Positions 24,193 to 37,605 of a stretch of DNA of 64,000 nucleotides are shown one piece after another. Numbering within the stretch: the stretch's first letter is position 1; each line of letters starts with the position of its first letter. The stretch is taken from NCBI GenBank assembly GCA_002633005.1, contig NMRA01000083.1, positions 1-64,000 of the forward strand, given 5' to 3'. This DNA comes from Phoronis australis. Lineage: Eukaryota; Animalia; Phoronida. A program made the translations under genes and the position numbers. A model generated the notes under the pieces. The model was not told the origin of the DNA. It saw nothing but the letters and a program-made list of their open reading frames with translations, and made no database searches.

Positions 24193-24759
24193 TACATAAT
24201 TTACAATTTTCTATTGTTTTCATGATAAGTCATTTGTGCAGTGTTTACCTGTTGCCTAGATACTTTATTGTTTTATATTGATTTCTGAGCAGTAATGTTA
24301 TTTGTAATATTTGCCTATACCCATGAAATAAAATTAAAGAGTCCAACCCAAAATTTTGTGTTATAAACAGCGTACGTCGTTGGGCGCTTCTGGGTATTAC
24401 GTCTCCCGTTCGACAAAAATCGCTGTCGGGACATTTCTGTGTGTTGCGAAAAATACCGGTCACTACAGAGTCTTTGGTGTTGCGGTGAACGTTTCACCCT
24501 TACAGTTTGACATAGACGATTTGTGCGGAGGTCCCGCTTTTCAACCCAGATGTCCCGTTTTTTTTTCATAGTCGAATGTTGACAACTATGAAACTGATGT
24601 TAAAAACAACATTTCCTCTTGGTTATGAATATTGTTTTTTTTTTCAGAATTCTTTTTCTTTGGTAACATAACAATAGTAAAATGCGTTCCAATGTTTCGT
24701 GTATATGGTAAGACACACTACAATAATGTTTACTTTGTGAAGAAACGAGTTTAGTTCTA

Positions 24760-25285
24760 AACCTTCCACACTGCAACCAATGTAATGAGCTATCCACAGT
24801 AAATTCCAAAGTTACATAATAGATGTTCGCCATATTTTATCTTTCAGAAAACACTTACATGTATCTACAAATTTTGGATAGGTAGTTGGAGTAATTAGTG
24901 TATCATATTTTTGTAAATGTCATTACATTCGGAACTTTTACTGAAGATTGTAATTGTATCAATCGGCACCAAAGGTCTAATTAATATATAAAGATGTATA
25001 ATTTTGTATATAAGTCCGTGACTAGATTAATCTTCACAGTAACTGTGAGGGACCCATATCCTAAAAATCTTGGTCTTTATCCGGTAACAATCCTTTTAAC
25101 CAGTGAAACTATTTCCCTTCTGGTCTAATTAGTCATTTATATAGGCCTCTCTGCTTCATTTCATTTTTATCTTACATTACACCCTAAATTAATTATAATT
25201 ACATTAAATTAGTTGATAATTAATTGATCAGCCAATGAGTACATTAACGGTTTCGTTTTACATTCTGTTATTTTTCGCATTTTAG
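24760..25285. repeat. Unclassified dispersed repeat (second copy ~40425-40820)
   Basis: Both copies share CCAATGTAATGAGCTATCCACAG..ATAGATGTT..TGTAAATGTCA..TGTAATTGTATCA..CACCAAAGGTC..TTTTCGCATTTT. Confidence 0.7.
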
Positions 25286-28200
25286 TTTCAAGAACTTTTT
25301 AACCCTGCCAGGTATACAAACTAATAATTGTGAAACATTTTTTTCTTCTGTCATACACTCGGTTGAAAAACGGCGAAGTGTGAAAAATTTTAATGATAGA
25401 CGGAGACATTTTCCCATTGGCCTAGTGTTGAAATCATATTTGTTATTATTTCCAGGTTAGGTTCATGGTTTCGGTATCGTATCAGAGCTCGTGTTGTGCT
25501 TGACCATGTGGATATATTTTAAGGAAATAGAGAACTTTCGAAATTACTGTAGTTCGTCTAGATGACTTTACGTTACGCGTACAAGCTAGGCAGCGGTTGT
25601 ACCGATGACTGGCTTTCCGAATCGCTCAATCGCAAACAGATGGTCCTCCGATTGACAATGTTTGGGGCCAATTAGATCGCAAATAATCCAAAAACATTGA
25701 TGAATTTTATTCAGAAAAAATGTTTGGTTATAACAATTCTAAACTTGCTTCCTTTGTACTATAAAAACATTCCACCCTAAGCCCTATATTCCATAGCAAG
25801 AAACAAAAGAATGCAAACAAGTCTCAAGCATGCGTGACACAACCTCAGTCGCGCCAGGTTGAAGTACACATTCCAAGTCTACAGGTCTTTAGACCTCCGC
25901 CCCTATGCGAAAAGTCACGTGATACCCGACATTCGAACGAGATATCAGAGGCAAATACACTGTCGCTAAACGACGTTCCTGGTGGAATCGATGAGTGTTT
26001 TTGCACTATTTGAAAACGCTTCGACAGAGACAAGAGGCGATGCTTTTCAACAGAGAATCGTACGTTCATGATATGGGAATTTGTAAAGGCGAGGATGAAA
26101 AAATGGCTCGAGGAGCCAGCGAAAATCCGAAGAAACCCTCTGCCTCGAGGCCACCTTCACCTGACAAATGACAAGGCCACTGATACGATATGTTCATGTT
26201 AAGCTGGGTATGTACCTTAAAGTCGAATTATCTGTACGCTTCCATAGATTTCATGATCTTTTGAATAAAATTAGTGAAGATTCACCGATATTTTTATTCT
26301 GTCGTCTGCTAAATTTCGCCAAATAAAAAGTAGGTCACAACTGGTGGGTCTCCTGGAGTAAAGTAGGTCATAGATTACAGACAACACGTGCATGCACTAT
26401 AGTCTCTGACTAGGTCGACTCGACAGCACTTTTTACGCTTTTCTAATCTTGTAACGAAATATTTTGATCAAAAAAATTCAGGTTCATAGCTCATGCACAC
26501 GTTCATCTCGTCCTAGGCAAACAGTTAGCTCGGGCGGGGTAGGTCTAAGACTGTGTCTAAGTCAGTCAAGTTAATGTCTGGAACTCAGTGGCGGATCTAG
26601 GATACCACAAGGGGGGTCCAACATGTTGCCTCGTGGAATTGGGCAAAGTGCAATTGTATGTACACAGGCGGCCCGAAAGTTGCAGGGGCCTGGGATGCAA
26701 ACCTTTGGACCTTCTGTTCAGAAAATCTATCAGTGGACTAAATAAAACAGGAACACGATTCCGCCGCGATCTGGGGTCTGAGCCCCCCTCTTCCGCTACC
26801 GGTCCTAGTTACTGAACTCAATATTTCCTCACGCTTCACGCACTTACTATTTCATTTTGCTTGCGGGGGGCTGGGGCCCTGCCCCCCCCCCCCCTAAATC
26901 CGCCTATGAAATTGTCCGTTTGCACCATTAAGACATTTAAATTAGGCCTACCTTCTTACGAACTTGGCATTTTTTGTAGTTTCATTCAATAAAGGAAGCT
27001 TTCATTTAATTTTGAAGGTAGCATTATCACTAAGTCGTGCTATGGTTACAAAGATTACAAGTTGCAAAAGATAGGGTATCTACAAAAATAACTCAAATTC
27101 CTTTAAAGCCTCATAAATCTAAATATCATGTTTGAAAAACTTCAAAACGAGCTCTGTCTAACTCTACAGACATTGTGTATACTAGAGGTACACGTCAAAA
27201 AGTAATTCAACAGTTTATGTTTAGTGACAACAACTCGACCAAGGCTTTGAGTTACCGGCAGTAATCCAGTGCCCCTCCCTGTGCAGATCCAATCTCTGAA
27301 TCGCCCACCGATCAACCTCATCCACTACTTGCACTCTCTTGTTGACTACAAAGCTAGCCATCTTCTTGTTTTCACACGTGTTCCATTACAACTACAAGCT
27401 AATTATCGAAATTGGCGAAATTCCGCGATTATCAGTTTTCCGGTTAGTGTAGTACGCCGCGAGTAAAGTGGTTTGGCATGCACTGGGCCATTAGCCGCGA
27501 TGTTTTAAAAGTTATTGACATCTAATTTAGTCACTGTGTGTTGTTTATAGATGCTTCAATGTAGCTTAGTTCTATATTAAAAGAATAATCCACGCGATAT
27601 TGTTAACTCTGATTAGCGTTTGTAAATCTACCGAGTATGTGAATACGCACAGTTGTTAATCTTGAATCGTACCCACTGTTCGTAGTTTTTAGCTTAAAAG
27701 TTCATCAATTGTTAAAATTCTAAAACCCAACTTAACTGTTTTTTCCATCTGAATACCGCTCTGGTATTTGTTTTTACCGAAAACTGTTGGTTAATGCATT
27801 TTGAAATTTCGCCAGTATGTACAGGCAGAGATGTTTACTACAGTTTGTGGTCCCCTAACTATACTTAACTGGGTCTTGCTCGTACCGGACAATGCGGTAA
27901 TCGCAAATTAGTCCGATTCTGGCGCCGCGCTCTCTTTTATCCAGGTAAAAGCCGCTCAGGAGGACGAGCGGTGAAAAGCCACGCATATCTTTAGAAATCC
28001 GTGACTTTCGTGTAAGCGTGTTATTCACGGCGTGCGGTCTGCAGGTATTAAAATACTAAAAACATATAACGAAATGAAACCAGTTCCGATAATTTGTTGT
28101 GTCATGTACGCAGCTTCGTGGAAGAGAAGAACAGCTGATTGAAGAATCGGGAAAAAAATGGCTAATGAAAGCCGACCCAAAAGAACGCATCACAATTTTA

Positions 28201-29699
28201 GCAGCAGAATAACGGCAGAACGACAATTTTTGCCGAGCTCAGATTAATAATTTAGTTTACTCAAGGAAAAGTGTCGTCAATAACACTAATTTTGTGAAAA
28301 TTTTAATTGTTCAGTTTTTTAACCACATCGACCCAAAGCTATATATTTAGTATACAGCTTTGCCGCACCAAGGCTAACGCCCATTTTTTGACTTGATTAA
28401 AACGTCAAATTGGAGAAAATGAATTTCAGTTTGTTCTAAAACTTCTGCAGTGGATAAAATTATAGTTATTTAGCTTAAAAGTGTAACATGATTGCTTTGT
28501 GTTTAGATAAATTTTGACCTTTCTTTATAAGTGGCATACCGCAGCAGTGGCTGGTGAAGTAAAACTCCACGTTTCATAAAGCGAAGTGAGTACGAGACTC
28601 GACTGTTTACAAATAAACCAAAGGCCAATGTCACAGTACATGTTGCTGACCACGCGGGACAAGAAAAGATCATTGTAACTAAATCATTATATACAAAGAA
28701 GCTTTATAAACCATTACAAATCTTTTCTTCACAAATTCTGTCCTGAGTACTGCATATTTTGTACACAATGGTGTGTGATAATTGTGCCTCACATTCTCGT
28801 GGTTTTCAATTCATTTCCGAAGTGTGTAGAAAAGTTTGTACTTTTAACTTCTCGCGGCGTATTCGAATTAAACGACGAGGGTTTGACTTTTAAGGACTGT
28901 GTTATTCACTGATGCAGTAACTGTGAATCTACAATACGATAATAAAAGTAAAGCAGCGTAAGACTAAGACTACGACTAAGACTGGGATTAAATTCACAAA
29001 ACTAAAGAAATGTAAGACTAAGTTGACTAAAATATCAAATAGCTATAATGCCGTCAAAATATATCAATGTAGAACTATACTAGACTATGTATAACGGCGA
29101 GCTATACGCGATAGTGTATTACCAGATATGTTGAAGTTACGCGTCAAAGAACATTATCTGAAATAGACACCTTTAAAACAAATTATGTGAAACTCACAAC
29201 TTTAGCGCCAGTGACTTATATATATTATACGCACAAAGATCATTATTCAGGGATCGTCTTAACCTAAATAATGTAAACCGGTAACGACAGGTTACAATCC
29301 AGTGCACCGAATGTAATGGTGCGAAACTTCACATTTGTAAAGAATGAACTACATTATTAATTGAACCGGATCTGAATAGTGTCGAATGTTTTGAAGAAAA
29401 TTCAAACAAGACTTGGTCGACTCAAGTCATTTAATTAACCTTCCAATAAAACCAGTGAAAACGCCAACAATTTTCAAACAAGTAACAATCACAAGTAATT
29501 AAAATTAAGTTGTGAACTAATGTACATGCACTACGTCTAGGCGTAAACGTGGGCTACTGCTATTCTCAAGATTCTTCACATTCCACGCGCCAAATAACAG
29601 GGGTCCCTATTCATTCAACTATTTCCTGATATGAACAGACTCTCTCGTCTACGCGGTGAATCTATTGGTACTTTTGTTTAAGATGGAAAAAAATTTCTC

Positions 29700-30400
29700 A
29701 GTCAATATTATGATTATATTGCATAGTCAGTAACTACTTCTTTGTAAATAGTGTGTCCATGTCTCCTCCTGACATTGCTGGGGCTCTCTGACTCCCAATT
29801 CTTTCCTGTGCTCAGATATCCACGTGACCGGATTTCGACCAGATTCTCAGACGTCCACAGATTCAGATTTACAGATAGAAAATGGCACGTTATACACATC
29901 GCAGGCACACTTGTAAGTATCTATCTTGCCCTTAGGATAGACCAAGAGATTCCGGAAAGATTTAGCTTTCTTAGGCGCACTTCAGCCAGTCCCTTAATGT
30001 TTGGCAACACTACCGCTCGAACGTGTAAAGATTTTCAGTGACGCACCAGCTTTCCAGTTGATTTCTGTGGGCTTCACATAGATCATAAAATTCGTTTCCT
30101 AGCAAGAATCGGACAACTTTATTCCTTTCCTAGACACTTCGCGTGCGTATAAGCGTGTTCGTTCGTGAAGGCGCGCCTTTTGACACCACCACCGCTTCTG
30201 ATCCAGCAAGCGACGGTAGATTTGTGTCGTCACAAAAGAGAAGGAGACCTCCACTGATTGCTCGAGTCATCACGAACAGAAAACGCAGATGAAAGAACTT
30301 AAGTCATGAGAAAAGACATCATACCAGCAGAGGGGATTATCGAAGGTGGATTGCTCTGCAGCCATTGCCGGAGAAACTAGGCGTGAAAATGAACACTAAG
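29700..30400 (-). mobile_element. Penelope-like element remnant (GIY-YIG endonuclease region)
   Basis: Minus strand ~29960-29770 reads SFRNLLVYPKGKID..DVYNVPFSICKS..*ESGRNPVTWISEHRKE, resembling the Penelope LV.PKDK..VY.IPC..C..GETGR..RI.EH pattern. The outer boundaries are approximate. Confidence 0.55.
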
Positions 30401-31016
30401 GTAACTTGCCAAGGTTTGTGATTTTGGATGGGTAAGCTCACCAACTAGTAACACACGGGGCCCGCTCGATCGTCGAGTCCGGGACATTTTGGAATTCAGG
30501 CCTTACTCTGTGATTCCCGGACCGGCCCTTTTACCACACCCTTTTCCCCAATCCGGTATCGTGCGCAATAGTGCACCTACGTCCAACAATCCATTCATGT
30601 GGGTGTTTACCCATGTGTCGGTTTTTGTGCAATAACGCATCCATCAGAAGATATTTTCGTCAGTCATTGTTGATAAAAGCCCAGCGTTAAGCATAATTAC
30701 TAGACTGTCTGCATCTCAAGCATACCTTGCATATTTCCTAAGTGGAGCGTGAGTGTCAAGGATGTCTGATGAATATCTGTCGAAGAAGTTTGACCAAAAA
30801 CTTAACTATGACTTGTACGTACAGCATGATCGCTTATGTGAGAAAAACTTGCGATCATCGGTGGTTATAGCTTATATAGGATAAAGGCTCTGGGGAAGGT
30901 AGGATATTTGCATCTAAAGGAGATAGATGCAGAACTTAATATACCGCGTCTGCTTATATTCGTCGCATAGTGTTGACGACATTTTATGAAAAACATAAGG
31001 TACGGCTTATGTCAAG

Positions 31017-32038
31017 CTAGTTAAACATCTTAAGACGTGGAAACTGTTGCTTGGGACTTCTACACCTGCCAGCACTCCACCAGTTTTGAAGGTTTTCATA
31101 CGTTTTGTGTTTAAGACTCCCTTGGTGAATTTTGTTGCACAGAGTACAAAAAGCGTTCATATATTTGTTTTCCTCGACCCCATTGGTATAGTGGGTTCGT
31201 TTCCAGTCAAAGTAGCTGTTAAACAGCGTTTCGTTAACCGAAACCTTGCGGATATATCGAGCTAACTCTTCTATTGATGCGTAGTCAGCCACATTTATGT
31301 AACTATTAGGCGGTAGTATCTCACTGTAATTGGCGCCTCCATAAACAATTGGTATTAAACCAAAAGGTCTGTAAGTCTTGAAAAGTTTTTCAGTGGCATA
31401 ATAGTCACAAAGGCTGTTCTCAAAGGCTAAGTAAAATTTATATTGCGACATAATTTTGTTTTCACAGTCCGTGTTGCACCGCGCTTCACCGCAACCACCA
31501 AAAACATCCACTTTTACAAATTTTTTAAGTTGCGCAACCACATCTTGTCGGCGACTCGATGGGCGGCAATTGCTAACAAACCAAAGAATGTCTTTTGTCC
31601 TATTCTTGAATGAATTGTGAGTTTTTAGTGGCGTGCATGGTTTGTGTCTCCTGAAGAATCGCCCGTAGGGCACTGGTATGTCTGAATCTGGTCGATAGGT
31701 CATTGTGTAGTTGAACATGCCGGCGAAACGATTCAGGTTAGGAGTGTGAACTGGCGATTCCAATAAAAAGAATATGACATACTGCCATGGTTGTCGAGCT
31801 TTCGGTAAAGGTGGAACCGGATTTCTTGGGTGTATTAAAATCGCCTTGCTTTCACTAAAGCGCGATTTCACATTTGTAATTTCACATGTCACGTTGCACA
31901 CTGATACATAGTTGTTCTTTCCCACGCCTATGCCCCACCCAGTACTTGAAAAAAAGTTTGTCCAGAACAGAATCACTGGCGGCTTCGGTTGTCCTCTCGG
32001 TTTCACTGACGTATTCAGTTTTTGCTGATAAACGGTTT
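31017..32038 (-). CDS. Alpha-1,3-fucosyltransferase (GT10), terminal catalytic exon
   Basis: Intact frame with ILFWT, CEIT, FFLLESP, FNYTMTYRPDSDIPVPYG, WFVSNC, VDVFGGCG, YKFYLAFENSLCDYYATEK, PIVYGG, PPNSYINV and YFDW. Splice acceptor ATCTCATTTCAG ends at 32039. No TM anchor in this exon. Confidence 0.93.
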
Positions 32039-32491
32039 CTGAAATGAGATATAACGTTTATTTTAAAAGAACGGACTAACTGCTCATTAATGACAACTTA
32101 GCCAAATGTGTAATTCTCGGTCAAAATAACATTCCAGAAAAACGTGTACAATTCTTAACTTTGCGAAGGACTAATTGCAAGGTATCATAGTTAATGAATT
32201 GAAGAGGGCGAAATTTCATTAAATACTGCCTTCATACACAAAACATTTTTTGTTTTGTAAACACATGTCATTTTCATGGTATGCGGACAATATTGAGACG
32301 TACCGGAATAACGCAAAGCGTTTATATACGCCCAAAGTGCAGAGGGAGAAGCAAGCTTCTAGGGGTGTTGTCAGTTTCGTTTAAGGTAAAAGGAGACGAC
32401 AACCAAATCAAAGGGGTAGCTGCAGAAGTCAAAATTGACAAAAAAGTGTTTCTACCTCACCTCTCAAAAGTAACATCAAATCAAAAGGTTT

Positions 32492-33554
32492 AACAAGAGC
32501 AACGCAGAGCGCCCACAATTGCACCGTATAAGGTATCCTTCTAGGGTTGTTTATTGGTACCATAAAGTGCCCAGTAGAGGGCATATATGTAGTATGTTGT
32601 ACTTTGCAAAATGGAAAGGCATGGTCATTGTCTTCTCAATAGGCTAAGGGGCAAAATGTGAGTGATCTTCATAATACAAGCACATCCTATACATCAGTTG
32701 CTTAAAGCACCACAGAAACATAGAATTAAAAACCAATTTACCAACATACGAGATTAGCACAGCATTAGAATGCCAGAAACAAATTTCTACTTGGAGCTTT
32801 TCCTTCATAGTCACGCACTAACACAAAGTATACACCTGAAGACCTATGAAAATACAGAGGTCAATGTAAAATACTTAAATTGCCACTAGAGGCATACCTG
32901 TAGTCAGAATCATCCTAAAGTCGTCATCGTCCGTTGTCAACATCACATAAATACACTAACTTGCTAAATTTAGTAAAGATCCTGCAAACGGTTTGGGAGA
33001 TACAGCCATGGGCGCAAAAAAATGGCCACTAGGAGGCGCCACAGTAGTCGAAATCGTCGGAAAATCATCGTCAACCGTCCTCTACATAGTAAGCATATAC
33101 ATGCCAATTTTCACAATCATCCTTTGAGCGGTTTGGCTGATAGAGGGGTGGACGCACAAAAACAGACTCGAAAACAGTAAAAATGGCCACTAGGTGGCGC
33201 AAACTACGTCGAATCCATCTGAAAACAGGAGGATAGCGTCATCTCACTAATAGGTGCCTACATACCAAATTTCATGAAAATCCGTTCAGGACTTTTGAAG
33301 ATACAAAGGTAAGCGTAAAAAACTAAAATTGCCACTAGGGGGCACACCGGTAGTCGGATCCGTCCGAAAGTTCGCACATGCCGTCCCATTCATGAATGGA
33401 ACATATGTGACAAATTTCATGAACATATGTCAAAGAGTTTTGGAGATAGAGCAGCGGACGCCGGACGGACGCCGGACGGACGCCGCCCGTGCGGACGGAC
33501 GGACGGAGATGACTGCATAATGCGTCCACAAATAAATTTGTGGGCGCATAAAAA
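32492..33554 (-). mobile_element. Helentron/HINE-like non-autonomous element with internal ~150-bp tandem units
   Basis: Minus strand: TTTTTATGCGCCCAC subTIR, inverted GTGGACGCAT, (GTCC)n microsatellite, tandem units, then 3' GTGGGCGC..CTCTTGTT. This is the DINE-1/HINE architecture. Confidence 0.75.
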
Positions 33555-34322
33555 TGAAAGTTTTCAACATTTGTAACACAAAAATTAGCATGTCTAGTTT
33601 ACTTTTTTCATAAAGAACAATCATGAGATTTGGCATGTACGAAGACATATACAAAGTGGCATCAAAGGCAATCAGATACTAAATGGAATCTGCTCAAAAC
33701 TAGTAGCTGCCAACTTCTCCAAATTACAGCGGCCCTTCAAAGCTGCTGTAACTGTCAAATCCGCTCGAAAATCGAGTGGTAAAGGCGCATTGCTGTCACG
33801 TAGCTGTGTGTTAAGTATTATTGAAATCTGACAATTGCTTTTCTTGATACCATACGCAAATTTCTTTTCCTGAAATTTCTAAAAATTCCCTCTTCAAAAC
33901 ATAAATGGCAACTAGGCATTGTTGCAAGGGTCGAATTTGCTCAGAAATCGTCATCTGTTGGAGCATTCTTGCCATATATGTCTTTAAAAGGTCACGCTTG
34001 CGTGTTTGGCAGATTTTTCAAGTTTTTCTCCAAAATTTTTCGGGTTGTCGAGGGTTACAGAGCATTATTTCGTTTCAAAAGAGTTGTACGGGAAAGTTTT
34101 TATCATTTTTTAATCGGCCAAAACCGGATTTGATATGCTTTTAAGTTTCATTGAAATCTGTCAATTAGTTCTCTACATATCATCCGCAATGCTCTTCCCC
34201 AAAATGTCTGAAAAACCCCGCCTGTCGCCCCGGGCATGGGTAGATTGAAGAGTGGCATACGCTGCCCTTGCGATACGACCACAGGTTTTTGAGATGACGA
34301 GCACACAACTGAACAACAGCAC

Positions 34323-37300
34323 CCCAGCCAACCCGTGATCGAGAACGCCCGGAAGGCGATCGACAGCGAGACCTTGCACCAAAAATGGCAGACGACAGTG
34401 ACGTACCCGATGAGTTTAAGTGTCATTTTATTCTTACATAGAGACAACTTTGGTACAAATGCGACAAACAGAAAAGCGTTGGATTGTAGCTTTCGTTGTG
34501 GATCTGAAATAACACTTAGCTTTTGCTTATTTTTTAAAATAAAGAGCTCAGAAAGCAATAGCTTTCGGTAAAATGCCTTGCGCCTCGTAAAATCAACATT
34601 TTCTACTTGTTAATAGCAATTCCAGGGTTCTTAAGTAGAGACGTGTGACGTTTATAGTTTAATAGTCCCTGGTGACACCTTTGTAAGTTATGATTTGTGA
34701 AACAATTCGAGATATTTACCAATACAAGCAGGTTCTTGTGTGAGACAGCGATCGGGAACGAAGTCGTTAATTCTCTATGGCGATCGTGAACGCACATTGT
34801 TTTCTCAGCATAAGCCTTGAATAGTCGTTCAAGTTACGGTAATATGTCAATAATTTTAGAATAATACGGACCCTGAATTAGTTGATGGGTTGGTTATTAA
34901 TTATGTTCCATCGTTTTTTCATGATTTCTTTGTGAGATTTAGACTAACAAACATAACTGAATGCGTTTGATTTTATTCAGTTGAACTGTAACCACACAAC
35001 GAGTGCTTCAGGGTGTTAAAGTCCACGCCTTCAAAAAAGAGTAGTACAACTGCTGCATATCACAAAGGAACGTACGTGTCTGTGTTGCGGAGCTTCATTT
35101 AGGAACTACGAAATCGACTTAGTGTGACCATATGGGAATAAAACACATTGACACTACATCAAACAAGGCCTTTGATTGACGCGTTGCATGCGTCAAGAGT
35201 TTTTTTTACCGATATAGGAAAACACAACATGAAGCATCGTGCTCAGGAACTAAGACGATTCAGAGCTAGTGTTCTATCTGTGATAAATGCTTCACGGAAA
35301 GAGTGAGCCTGACGCGACACATTGCGCCACAGTACGAGGACACCTCTTTCTGTGGTGAATGTGGCATGTCATGCAAACAGTATGCCTCCTCCAGGCACAA
35401 GAAGAAACGCCATGAATGAAATCATTAAGTCCAGTGGTGAAGATTATTAAGTCGCAATAGTTTATTCAGATTTTACAAAGTTTATGGTTGGCAGTTGTGT
35501 CTGATGTAATAGTATTTTGACCGTTTTATTTTGAACCTTTTTTCCTCAAGTTTCTTTCTGTACTTTTGTGTTATTTCAAAAGGATTTTTAACAGAACCAG
35601 TGCATTTTGTAGTGTTTAGGTAAATTTAAATGACCATACTAAGTGTCATTGGACATTACTTACATACAATTGCTTTGACCATTAGTATTTTAAAAGAAAA
35701 TATATGTCTATGATTATTGTAGAAATTGCTTTCATAGTGTTGTTGATTTGCTGTGAGAGACTACAAATCAGTCCAAAATACATTGTCTATAATTCAGTGA
35801 TGATTTAGTCTAATACATTCCAAAAGTAATTCGTAAGAAATGTTTAGTGGATTTGTAATGTTGATTCACCTAAAGCAATATTTCATACATTTTTGTATGA
35901 CCAATTTTGAGGTATGTGTGATGATTTTCATCATGGAAATGTTATGATATTGTTGTGGATTTCCTGTGTAAATCACTACAGTGTGTAGTTGCAGTGACGT
36001 TAAAGACAACATGTTGACTATGTTTTGAGAAAATCACAGTATAGTACGTGTATTATAACTGTCTCATTCTTTTCAATGTCACATTAAACTGGAGATCATG
36101 AACTGAAGATGCACGGTGAACTTAGGACCAAGACTACAAAACAGAAGAGTCAAACACAACGTACATCCAAGCCACACGAGTGCCACAAGTCAATCTGTTC
36201 ATCTCTGTATCGATGTCATCAGTAAAGCATTAAGTAAAATCCCACCCGTTTTATCAGCTCAACATATTACACAACTTCAGACAACTTTTTAAATCCCAGA
36301 CATTCACGAGTCGGAGCCTTTGAATCATCTCATGACTGGTGTTGCCCCACTCCTCACACTGCCCATGGCCAAGCTCGTCACCTTTCTTTGACTTCACTGG
36401 CTATTTGTTTTTTTTTTTCCTTTTGCTGTCACAATTTTGCAGGAAGATTCGACACTCGCTTTCATCTGCTGTTTACCCCTGGCTGACACACCACATGGAA
36501 CAACTCCTGGTTGAGTTTTCAGTTTAGAACCCCTTGTTCCCAGTGGTTTCGTCTTAAAGTAGATGCCTGTATCTCAAAACCATGGTAGGGTGTACTTTCA
36601 CGTCGTGGGTAACATGTTCGTTGAAGCTCGCCTCACAATAACAGTGAACTTGTTTCCTGAAATGAAAAAATTCATTTTTGAAAATATCTATAACTAAAAT
36701 AATATGCTTGAAGTAAATGTAGTGCTCAAGGCGATTTGCTGGTAATATGCTATGCTATTGTTTAGTTTTGATACGAAAGTAACACAGTCATGACGCAAAA
36801 TGTGATTAATTCATTGCACCACACTTACTTTGTAACCTTTTTCACCTTTGATAAGTAATTACTGTTCGACACACCACGATGCGTTCCGATTGCATCAACA
36901 AAACACAAATTTGCGTTCCCAATCGCTTATCTTTGCGTTCTCGATCACATCATTCAACAGAAAAGTGATGTAAAATTCAGAGAACTTCACAAAACTACAA
37001 AAAACAAGCGTTGCGTTATATTTTCTCACACGTCATTTCTCCATAACTTCATGGTCAATTTATTGATTTAGTACCAAAAATAACCGCAATTTGCCAAAAT
37101 GACATACAAATCACCTTCGACTCGTGCGATGCCTCGGTTAACGTAACTTTTCTTCAATAATTGGGAGAGACACTAGCCTAAATCTCTACCTGCCCTTCCT
37201 CAATGTGTTACGCCTTGAACTCATGTCTCTGTTTTTACACTGGAAGTAAAAACAACGAAAATTCATCAAAATTTACTCACCTTCCCTGGCTTCGCTTCGC

Positions 37301-37357
37301 GCGCCAAATTTCGTTCTCTATCGCCTTCCGGGCGTTCTTGATCGCGGGTTGGCGGGG
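34323..37357. mobile_element. ~3-kb TIR element with CCC termini and C2H2 zinc-finger remnants
   Basis: Inverted ends CCC(A/C)GCCAACCCG(T/C)GATC(G/A)AGAACGCCCGGAAGGCGAT. Internal plus-strand remnants TCLCCGASF..HM and FCGECGMSCKQYASSRHKKKRH at ~35065-35415. TSD not evident. Confidence 0.6.
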
Positions 37358-37374
37358 TTGAACAGGGCATCCTG

Positions 37375-37605
37375 AAGAAGGACAAGTGGCTTATGGCTTT
37401 CCACCCAGACAAGTGTAGTGCCCTCAACCTCACCAGAAAACGTTAAATCCAACCTGTCTCCTATGTACTTCACAATCACACGCTAATGTCGGTCAAGGCG
37501 ACTAAATACGTGGGCGTTACTATCTCGCATGACCTCAAATGGTCATCCCACATATAAGTAACATCCAGAAGAATGCAAATAAAACTCTGGGCTTTAGTTA
37601 GGCTT
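37375..37605 (+). pseudogene. CR1/L2-group LINE RT C-terminal fragment
   Basis: KWLMAFHPDKCSALNLTRK..KYVGVTISHDLKWSSHISNIQKNANKTLG. Confidence 0.75.

Noticed and set aside
25600-25680. DW..S..PIDNVWGQLDR, a Tc1-like motif
   Set aside because: Too short and degenerate to call as a feature.
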